This document shows, in pieces, positions 1 to 11,600 of a DNA stretch of 64,000 bases. The DNA lies in the NCBI RefSeq assembly GCF_002113885.1, contig NW_018408900.1:260077-324076 (forward strand), read 5' to 3'. The position numbers and the translations under genes are program-made. Position 1 is the first letter of the stretch. Every line of letters starts with the position of its first letter. The notes below the pieces were generated by a model that saw nothing but the letters and a program-made list of their open reading frames with translations, was not told the DNA's origin and did no database searches. This DNA is from Mizuhopecten yessoensis. Taxonomy: Eukaryota.

Positions 1-259
1 ATTTCAGTACTGGTGGTTGTCTGCTAGCGCAAAACGTATATGGAACACGTGTGTAGCCAAACAAAAATAAGTTCATCATTTCAAGAAATTAATCACCAAA
101 ACGCCTTTGTATTTCATTGATTATGCATTTATATTCAAGTATGAAATCGTACCCCTGTTGATGAAGGGAGAAAAGTTCAAAATAACATAGCAGCCTATAT
201 TGCCGGGAAATTTTCATTATAACCCATGGATGTATGAAAACTTGGTTGTGATTTTCTGT

Positions 260-344
260 TGAGCCTGGTTTTAGCAGCCACCTGTCTTAAGTAGCCAATT
301 TCTGCCGGTTCCTTGGGTGGCCTCTTAATACAGGTTTGACTGTA
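260..344. mobile_element. DNA-transposon (MITE-like) end fragment
   Basis: Ends ...AATACAGGTTTGACTG-TA, the reverse complement of TA-CAGTCAAACCTG, which resembles a Tc1/mariner/pogo-type terminus. The other end is degenerate. Confidence 0.4.
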
Positions 345-896
345 TGTCATCTTTAAAAAGGGAAGAGTTCATCCCATATTTATAAGGGAATAGGCTGTGA
401 CCATATAGAACAAGAGTATTGTGAGCAATTCAATCACCAGCCTCTGGACAAACTATTCTCGAACTTAAGACAGGGATATCCCACATGAAACCCCATCCTA
501 GATTTTTCTATCTCTCCGACCTGTCTGGTATCTTTTTGTGACATTTCACGGCATTTTCACACAGCGATATATTCATCCCCGCGCAAGTGATATACAATTT
601 TTGTATTATTTTTTGTGGTTATATGTATTATTTTGATGTTGTTAGATTACTGACGTTGTAGATAAAATGAAAAAAAGTGATAACAAACTTTTAGCTGTCA
701 AAATCCAAGATGGCCACCTCCCAGTCATCTTGTTCATGCACAACAATGGACTAACAGAAAACTACTTGTCAAATACGCAAAAAATCCCTCCCGTAATTAT
801 TTTTGGAAAAAGCAAATACAACTTTAACTGCCAGATTCATGGCCACCTAACAGACATTATTTTATTGCAATTAAGCTTCAAAATTAAACATGCATA

Positions 897-1086
897 TATT
901 CCGTCTTTGCGTATTGCAGAGTTATCTTCTCTTGTAAGCAGGTATTGATTGTTACGTCATCGGTTTGTGAGAGTAACGTCATCAATGTTTGAGAAAACAA
1001 CGTAATTTTCTCACACAAACCAATGACGTAACAATCAATACCTGCACACAAGGGAAGATAACTCTGTAATACACAAAGGCGGAATA
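897..1086. mobile_element. Palindromic MITE-like element, family A
   Basis: Arms TATTCCGTCTTTGCGTATTGCAGAGTTATCTTC... and ...GAAGATAACTCTGTAATACACAAAGGCGGAATA, TA-flanked. Second copy at 14944-15070. Confidence 0.8.
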
Positions 1087-2611
1087 TGCAACCAAGTAAC
1101 AATAGGTCTCTACTAATTCAATTTGAAAAATGTCCATCCAGTACATCGTGAGCAAGAAATGTTTAGGGCCAGATGACAGTTGGATGACATATCTCAAACT
1201 TAAGGCAACACCTGATCATCTAAGTATTGTGGGTAAAAAAAGGAGGTAATCAAGTAGTGTCCATTTTATAATATCCTCCGTACTAGTTTCACTGTTTGTC
1301 CTTGATCAATCCAGTGAAATGTGTGAGACATTTATTACTCAAAGTGACCCTAGCAGATTCTGGCATACATGTACAATTTAAATTTTTGAAAGTGTGATAG
1401 AATGTATAAATTACTTTAATGTCAAAATAATTGCAAATCGGATAAATTACTTTATTTAAAATGACTGGTTTGCTTAACAATCACAAAGTACAGTTGAGTA
1501 ACAGTTTAGGACACAAATAAATAACTTCAGAAATAACATGTTTGTAACGATACAGGGTCTAGCCAGATGGTTAAAACATAAACAGACCCAGTTATAAGTT
1601 AAGCAGTGAAAAATAACTTAACTAGCACTTGTAACATTTGAAAAAATATTATCAAGAAGTTTATTTCTACACCTGAAACTTCAGGTTCAAACTACCTAGA
1701 AATAATACCTCACAAAATATTACCATTTATCAATCAATACTTATTTTTCGTGATTATGCTTACAATGATTTATTGGCGAGTGTTTTAATTTGTGAAATGA
1801 AGAGAAGAATTGACATCAACAAATAACTCATGTTGAGATGTGCTTGAATAACAAATTGCACAATATGTGAACTTTACGCAAGAATCAACAGGAAAATAAA
1901 CACCCATAAAAATTAATTGATTACAGTTGTGTATTTTGTACCATCTACGACAACTGCCTCCACAGAAGGCACTGGGAATAGGAGCACTAGTACTCCTATT
2001 ATCCGAGTTTCAAACTCCATCCTCTACAAAATGTCTAAGGCATTTCTTTTTAAATTACAATCGGTAATGCATATTCAAGAAAACATTCAAACATTTAAAT
2101 TAATTTGTAAACCTACGACAGAAACTTTACTTTAATGTCTTGAATGCATGGTACATTTAACAAAATTCTATCATAAATATGAGGTAAAGCACTTATACTT
2201 AATTCTCTCACAACACATTAGACACTTGTATTTAATTATCACGCAGGACGAATAAGCACTTAAATGTTATTCTCTCACAAACATGAGGTAAAGCACTTAG
2301 ACTCAATTCTTTCACAAATAATACAGTCGCCGTTATGTTGTCCCTTCTGTCAGTAAGAGATCTAGTATTTTTACCTCTATGCTCAAACAAACAATTACAG
2401 CAATTGTGTTGTCTCCTTTCTAGTTTGTGTTGTCTCCCTACAGCGTGTCAGACAAGGGAAGAGCACATCACCTAAACGCTCCAACAAATGATACAGCAGC
2501 TGTGTTGTCTCTCCTGTTTGTCAGAGGTGTAGCACCTTATCTGAACTCCCACAAACAATCAAGTGGTTGTATTTTCCTACTCTAGTAGAGAGCTACTTGT
2601 ATAAATTTACA

Positions 2612-5600
2612 TCAGTCATCAAAATCTTCTATTATTAGCTCCTCCTCCTCTTCCTGAGCAGTTCTGACTTTTGATTGGCTATTGCTGACGAATTCATCAT
2701 CATCCTGAACAGACTTGATCTCCATACTTTGGGATGGAGGAGGAGATTCATCCGTATCAACATCTTTCTCATCCAGTTTCTCGGACCTGTAATATTTAAG
2801 ATGTCTTCCCCAATTTTAAAATCATTTGTATATAGCAGAAAATGTACTGCTTCTTGGAAAGAGACATTCAATCCATGAAGAACATGTGTTACATCTCAGC
2901 CAACTATTGACAGATTTGCTAGGCTTTTGTTTTAAATTTTTTAAACACCATGAATACTGATTTTTCTCTCATTCTTAATTTTTTCCAGGTCACTTACAGA
3001 ATCTTTCCCTGATAGAAAACTACATAGGTATCTTTAGACATGTGCATCATTACATCAAATCCATCAAAAGGTTTTGATAGTTATAATTACTTTTCTATTT
3101 TTATTTATGTTTAAGTTGTTATATGTGTTTATAAATTGTTTTTCATTATTTTGCCTGATTTATTTGTTACATTGATTCTGTTCATTTTGAAATTACTCTA
3201 CCAGGATGCATGTCATGAAATCTGTTTAATTTTTAATTTATACAAATTCAGATCGATTTCTCAGTTAACAAGTTTACTTTTCTAGGTAACATCCGTCCCC
3301 TCCATCACCCCCACCCCCTCCCACCCCACATTTCCTTCCTTAACCTACCTTTTTCCCTTTCCCCAAAAACATATACACTATTTTTACAATATGTATTGAG
3401 GAGAGGACTCTATTAAGTTGTAATAACTTGTTGTCCGATCCATTTGTATATTTGTACAATAAAATATGTTTAAACAAATCTTTCCCTACATAGAGGGTAT
3501 GACAAAGATACCTCAATCATGGGAATGAGATTCTTTAATGTTGAAACCTAAAGTTCTGTGGAATGTTTAACATTCAATACCCAAATGTCTGTAAAAACCT
3601 TGCTTTCTGTGCCTGCCAACTGCCCGAACATAATTTGATGTTATCTAATTACAAAAAGTTATGTCATTCAATTGACATCACCAGCATCTGTAAACTTTCT
3701 CCACTCTAGGTGGTCGCAGAAGTTCACTCGCAATGGGAGACAACTCTGTGAAGGATGGTGGAAAAGTTGGCCTGAACAATTGTGTATCCCTTTGAAATAT
3801 TTATTACACAACATATTTACATTTTACACTCAAAAGTTGAGTATGTCAACATTCTGGTTTTTAAGAATCATGTGATAAAGATGGTACATTTTTTAAAACA
3901 TTATGGATGTGTGAACTTACCTTCCTGGAATCTTTAACTTAGAAAACCTACAGAATTCTTGTAAAAATGATGCTTGACCTAAATAAAAATAAGGAAAATT
4001 AGGATAACTCAATATGTAATGGAGGTCATTATTTTTAATACTTCAGCCAGGGATCGAACTCTAGACCTCCGTTTACTAGATTGACACCTTAGCAGAGCCA
4101 GTAGGAAGATGCTAGTAGTACTTTACAAGGGTGACATGCACTGCATTAGATAGTGTGAGACAACATAGACACATGATTATTATTTACAACTCGGCTGTAA
4201 CTCCACCCAATATCTCAGGTCCATCATACTTATCTCACCTGGCTGGTGCAGTGTAGTGTTGATGACAGACAGATAAGGCAGGATTTCTGTTTGGAGTATT
4301 TCTGGTGTCCAGGCGTATTCTGAGGGAGAGTAAAACCACTTACTAATTAAAATGAGTTTTAAGATCTCAACTGAGTCTGCATTTCACATAAGATTTATTG
4401 AACAAGTCAACCACTTTTCAGAAGTTTCATTTTAATGAGATTGAATTATGTAAAGTATAGAAAATTGTAGATTTTTTTTACATTGCAACTCATATAGAGT
4501 ACTCATTTTAGTGCAAGAGGTCAAATTTCATGCACATCCACCGCTTCAACCAGACAAAACATTATCTACATTTTCTCTGTCAGCGTGGAATCCCCATAGG
4601 TATAAATGTTAAATACCTTTAAAAAGGCACCTGGCACTTTCACAACTGTCTCTGGCCTGAAAACAAAATGAGATCAAATTACAAGTAATTCTTCAGTAGT
4701 TTCGTTCTGTTGGACATAAGAATTCAATACCTCTAAAAATGTTCATAAATCTTTAGAACTGAGAATAAAACATTTACACAACACTGATTCTTATCAAACT
4801 TTAATACTTATTACAGACAATCTGATTAAAATCATATGTTACACATGGCTTCGTTAACTTTGTACTACGCCAGGCGAAGCCATGTAACAGATGATTTTAA
4901 TAAGATTGTATCACAGACAGTTATAGGACTTTGTTTCATTATCCAAAATACAAAAGTAAGTAAATGGGACCTTTTTTTTATCCTTTGATACTTTAAAACG
5001 TTCTGTATTTTGGAATGAAGCTACTAGAGTTATCATATCTGCATAGTGTGTATTGTATATCAGGGAAACTAAAAATTAATAAAACAAACAACAACAAAAA
5101 TGTGAAAGCCTGTCTTAGTATGGAAAATAATAGGAACACTTCATTTTAAAAGTGCAAATAATTTCAGAAATTTGCTAGAGAAGGCACAGCGACAGAAGAA
5201 GGTAATGCTTACCTGTTTTATGGCAGTGTACCACTGCGGTTTGTGTAACGGTTTCCATCCAAGTCCAGACCCGGCTGATGAAAACCTTGCTCTTGCAGAG
5301 TTAGCATGGATTATCCCCCTTGTGGCGACTGATGCTGCATACTGCTGTAACACTGACCGAGACTGCAAGAGAAATATTGGCACTGCTGACATCACAAGTC
5401 TAGTGTAAATAATGACCAAAATTTGCTATATTCATAGTTTTCATCATGTTCTGTCAACTTTCTTATTTTAGTGCACTGAAATTGTATCCAAATATTATCC
5501 AAATTTAATAGATTAACACATTGATGGGTGAACCCACAATTTATTCAAAAGAGAACAATATACAGAAACACTTTAAAACATTATCTAAAGTGCAAGAGGT

Positions 5601-8600
5601 GCTTAAATAGAATAACTGCTAAAACAAGTTAATTTACAGCATCATTGACCATACTTATCTCGTGAATTATAAAAAGGTCATACATGTATCTATAAAATAT
5701 CTATTGTCAAAAAGTATACAACCAAATCTGTAGTGCAAACCCTTTTAACAGATATTGAACATGTCACAATTCTATCATGAGACATTAAAAATCTCAAATA
5801 CATGTCTTTGAGGGTTAAATTCCATCCTTAAACTTTTCATGTTGCTATCATATTATTGCTGTGAAGTCAATTTTTGTGTCGCCTGCAACGCGAGGCAACA
5901 TATAGGTATTACTTTGTAGGCGTCCACGTCGATTGCGTCGTCCGAAACAAGTTTTTTTTGTATTTCAGAAGTATAAGTGCATTTTTGGTGGAGTTATGCC
6001 CCTTATATTTCCAAATAAGGGCATTGTGTAGAAAATGCAAGAGCTTTTTCAATTTTCAATCAATACCTTTCAAATTGTGTACGGTAATGCTAGAAGCAAT
6101 AATGTTCAAAAGGGTTTTTCTGTCTAGTCTCAACTTTCCGCGTTTTTGCATATCTGTTTACACGATAACTCAAGCCAAAACACTTTTCTTTAATACTAAA
6201 AGTGCTTAGCAGGCGACACATCCACTCCCGTGGAATTCTTGTTTAAGTTCTATAAAACAGATCATTATAAAAGTAAAATTTGAAACATATATATATATAT
6301 ATATATATAAATTTACTAGATTTCTTTATTATTATAAACAATTCACCCTCCAGCATGGATTTCAGGATTCAGTTCCACATCCCTTTTAACTCATGTTTTG
6401 CTTTAGACTTTAACTTGTATTTTTTAAAACACCCCCATTTAGCTCATACGGTAATGTCATGACAAGTAAAACTTACTGCCCAGTCTTCAGTCAGATGGTC
6501 TGCATCACTTAGGTACTGTGATGCCCGTGCTATATCATCCAGGTCAGTGAAGAACTCCATGTAGTTCTGGTGTAGATAGGCACTGAAGTAGTCCCCAGAC
6601 AGGTGCGACTTCTCCACGACATCCTGAGCAAAATCAATGGACAATATCAGTCAATGACTGTTTAACTGGTTTTAAAACCCACTTCAAAATACTTCTTTGG
6701 CAAAAATATAAGAAAAAATTGCCCATTAAATATTGAATACAACCTACATTATTCTGACCCAACCAATTTCTTGCTATGATGACAAAGAAATTTTACTTCA
6801 TTAAATCAGCACTGAAGAAATCATGTAGTAAGAGACATGTTTGTAACTATCCCTAGTCACCTCTGGGTTAATGATGAGAGGGTCCCGGTGATGTTCCTGA
6901 AGGTGGACAGCAAGTTTAGGCTCGTCTGGGTGAGCGCTGGGATCATCTCCTAGCAATATATAACACACTGGTTATTTCTGCTTCTATACATGATGGGAGA
7001 TTCATTTTTAATTTGTTGTATAAATAAATGCCATACACCTTTGCAGTTGACAGTCTCATACATACTTTCTTTGCACTTAGAAACTTTGTCAATACAATGA
7101 CTGAATGTACTTACCTTTCCACTGAAGAAGTTCATCCATGGTAATGTTTGCAATAGGGAATTTGCTCATAATTTAATATGTTTGCAGAAGAGAATTTTGT
7201 ACTTTATACTATGTTTACATTAAAAAAATTGCCCCTACTCACATTTGCAGTTAAGAATATTTTCCAACATTCATATTTGCAGTTGAAAATGTTGCTCCTA
7301 CATTCATGATTACAATAGAATGATTTTGCCCACACTTACCTTTGCAGTAAAAGTAAATACTTTTGCCAACATTAACTTTAATATTAAAGAATTTTAGTCA
7401 CACTCACGTTTGCAGTAGAGAATTTTGCCCAATGCCCTAAACAAGAAGAGAGAAGTATCCCGTCCTCCAATAGAAGCAAGATCTGAATCTTTCTTGTCCG
7501 ATGACTTGGACTTGGCTTTTCCTCTCGGTTTCTTCACAGGTTGTTTCCCTTTGACTAGAGCACTTGGTAAAAGGTCCTTGGTATCTGGGAACCACACAAT
7601 ATAACTGGTGCAATAAACCAAAATACCAGCATACCCTAGACATCTCAATTAACAGTGTCACATTTACATAAATATTATTTTGCAAATCACCATTTACTTG
7701 AAAACAATTTCATCTCATCTATTAACACCAAAGGCAATTTTACACCCCCCCCCCCCCCCCCATATTTTAGAACATAATAACTCAAAGGTAATACAACATG
7801 TAGACATCATAAAAGGACAATTTTGTAAATAACAAGTGTTTGAGTTTTATCAGCTTTCAATATATATCCCTCAAACCTGAGATATGTTTGTCGATATGTG
7901 ATGAACTTTGCTTAGAGAAAATCATTTGTATTACCCAAAAAGGATTAAAAAACACTGTCCTATCTGAAGAAATACCTCTGAGACAGGCAAACTGGAGAGT
8001 ATTGATTGCTCCTCTGATGTCCCCAGCACTAGACATTGCAATGGACTCCAGGATGGCATGAGTTGGGGCAGTAAATTTGTGAAGTCCCTTAAACAGTAAT
8101 GAAGCAAATACAGGTACCCATCATTTGTATATTTGATATTGAAATACAGTAAAACCTTCCCAATATGACACCCTGTGTGACACAACATATCAGTCAAGTT
8201 AGACATGATGTCAGTATACACAGGTCTTATTGGTGATGTAAAGCCGCTGAGTTTACAGTGCAACTGATACTTGAAGTTTTGAAATTTTAAAATCCGTCTT
8301 CAATGACACACTCAATATAACAAATATGGCACAAGTTACCTGTGAGGCCTCTTTGGTGGCAATCCTTGTCAGCACTTTGGTCAAGCTTGTCAAAGCAATC
8401 GGGTTGAAACTGAATAAAGGTTAAACAAATCCTTTTTAAAACTTATATGCAAACTCCTATTTTCCAAAATTTAAATTTTCATGAAAGTGAAAGATGTTAT
8501 CTTCTAAAAATTAATTTCAGCATATCATTATGTCAGTGTGGTGAATATTGTTTTCTGTAGCTCATATATATACCCCAGTAGATTTATAGGGTTCGGTTTC

Positions 8601-11600
8601 CAATGTCTACCTGATATTATCTATGCGCAGGTCCTGCTGTAGTGTCTTGGGAAACAGTAGACGTTCACAACTGGCCGAGTCCCTACTGGTGGAGTCACTC
8701 ACAATGAACACTAACGGACACTTCCCAACATGGGCATACTTCCTACAATATAAATGAATTCCAGCTGAAATGCAGTGATCTTTTATAGATTGTTTTGCAG
8801 TAAATCTTGAGGAGAATTGCATGCAAATTCAGTTCAGTTCAAAGATTTCACAGATATATTGTATACCATATTTATCCAGCAATAAGCCCTTGTCATAATA
8901 GGCACAAGCATATCTATTGCAGTTCAGCAGAAATGCCAACAGACACTTTTACATTGACCTGTAATAAGCCAACCCCTATTTTGTGTCAGAAACTTAGGGC
9001 TTATTGCTAGATAAATGCAGTTGCAATAATTATTATTTGCAATATTTCATCAAATTATTTTATAAATTTTAATAAATGCACAAAGGATAAAGAACAAGTA
9101 GAGTTTACAGGAACCGATCCTACTATTACAATAACACTTGTTTTAATACGAGATCTTACATCTATTGTAAACATAAACATTTCAATTTACCTGAGGGTTT
9201 CATGGAAGGCTGAAGCATCTCTATAAAACACATTGGGAAATTCCTACAACAAAAACGTCAAAGATAAAGAATCAATGACACTGGACCATACTACAGACAT
9301 TGGGAAAACTCCTACCAAATGCCTGTAAGAAATGAATGTCTGTGATCATGTAAATGTTTGATAATTCTGCATAAATAGTAATGGCTACATTGAACCTCGA
9401 ACCTTGAAATGGAAGCTCATTCATCATACTTGATCACTTTGATAGAATATTCATGTGTTTTTTATCTCTATAGTATGAGGTTTGATAAAATTCCTTTAGT
9501 AATGGAGTCGTACATATACAGTGACAATGTCAGCCTTAGCCTTGATCACAGCTAAATATGAATCTAGCAAGTGAACCATTAGTCACAAATCTATCAAATG
9601 TTGAAGTTAACATTAAGGAAAATAGATGGAAGGGCAACAGGCAATCGCTGGAGTATAGCTGGCTGGGATAATGTGTTTGGTAACAACGATGTTGATGGTT
9701 TTAATTTTCATAATTACTCACCGGCAACAAATTAGGGAAGGTATATTAGAATCAACTTGTCCCTCTGTGTTTCTGTGTATCTGTCTGATAAACTTTATAT
9801 GGCTAATTATTAACTTCTCTTTCAAGATTGTTGCCATGGCCTCTGGTGGACTGAGATAATATCAGTTATAACTAGAGTTCTAAAGGACTGACTGACTTCG
9901 TCGATATTTGTCGGAGTAATACATTGGGGATATAATTTATATCAAATGGACAACATTAAATTTTTGTCTTGGGGTTCAAGATGGCCACCACAGTCTCTGA
10001 TTGTCAGAGACAATAAAGGATATAACTTGACTAAGGATGACTTTGTCGATACTCTGTGGGAGTGATATGTAGGGAATCCACGTTATAGTTATAGGCTGGT
10101 TTTTTAATTTCCGTATTATAGATGACCACAATAGTCTTTGATTTGGTGAGAAAGACAATAACAGTATCTGTATGCCTGTAGCCTAAACTTTTACCTTTTT
10201 CGTTGGTTCAGAATTCTGTGTGAACAAAAAACATTGAGAAGTCATCATTGTTTAAAATGGAAAAGTCAAGGACTATGTTAATCTTATCATATGTACCACC
10301 ACTTAACTGAGGACTGAATCATGTGTACCTCAACTAAAATTATTTTCTTCTCTGTGTTTCCATCCCCAAATATGTCAAGTTTGTTGTACTTGTTGGCACG
10401 GAGGAGAAAGTGCTGGAACTGGACCAGCTGTGATTCTGTCTGAATGTCATCATACTGGTACGGGCCTACAAACCAATCACCTTATACAATACCTGGTACT
10501 CACACAAAAACAATATCAGCTTTAAAAAAAACTCTCATCTATAAGAATCAATAGCCATTTATTCAAGAAATATTCTATAAAAAAAATAAAAAAAAAATCA
10601 CAGCATATTTCAAAACACATAGAAATTAGTTTGTTCAGAGTTGAATTGAATAACTTTATTTATGACTTGCAAAATCAAAATGTAGCACCTAAAACTTATA
10701 CATTATGTACTCCCAAAAATATAAATCCACTAATGCATTTAAATGAAAATGATGTCTTCTGAGTTTTGATAAGTGTACATAATTGTATGAAATGTAAGCG
10801 ATGATGGTTTTATGAAATCAACTTTTATTTATTATATATGTATAAGAATTTTAATGTTATAACGAATGCAGTTTAAGGAATGTGAATCACATTAGCAAAG
10901 AAATTTTCAGAGGGACCAGAGCTTAACCTGGTCTCACTAACAATACTCATGCAAAACTAATACACCTGATTCCTCCCTTTAAAACTCCTGTGACAAATAT
11001 GTCACTGACAACTTTGAACCTTTCCCTCTAAAATCAACTCCTTCTGTCAGACTATACCTGTGCTAAACTCATCCCTTTTCTTCCAAACTCTGTCTGATCC
11101 AACAGGGTTTGACCATTCTTGGACGTCACATTTGAGTTCTCGGGACAATACTTTGACCGTTGCTGACTTCCCTGTCCCTGCCTGACCAGTAAGAATCAAA
11201 ATAGGCGGCAGCTAAACAAAGGAGCCAAAAAGAACATATACATTTGACATGTAAAACTGAATACTCCCAAGTCTAACCTTTTAACAGGTAATAAGGAGTG
11301 AATGGCAAATAGTACAAACAGAATGTATTTTGTATTATTACTATGTTAATAATTAACCACAGTCAGATATTCCACATGTACACATTAGTTATTGAATTTG
11401 ACCCCATATAAACTTTTAAACGATTCACATCAGGGTCACGATCCATATAAGTTGCCGTCTTTCAATAAACATCAATATTGATTTGTGGAAACATTGCATG
11501 TAGGATCTTTTATAACAAATGGTATCTGTGATGAATGATGTTCTGACACAGTAAAAGAATGAATTACTTTTCGTACAATATCAAGCACATTCTAGTACTG

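Noticed and set aside
11526-11551. C/D-box-like GTGATGA...CTGA with terminal stem
   Set aside because: Boxes are under 10 nt apart, too short for a snoRNA.
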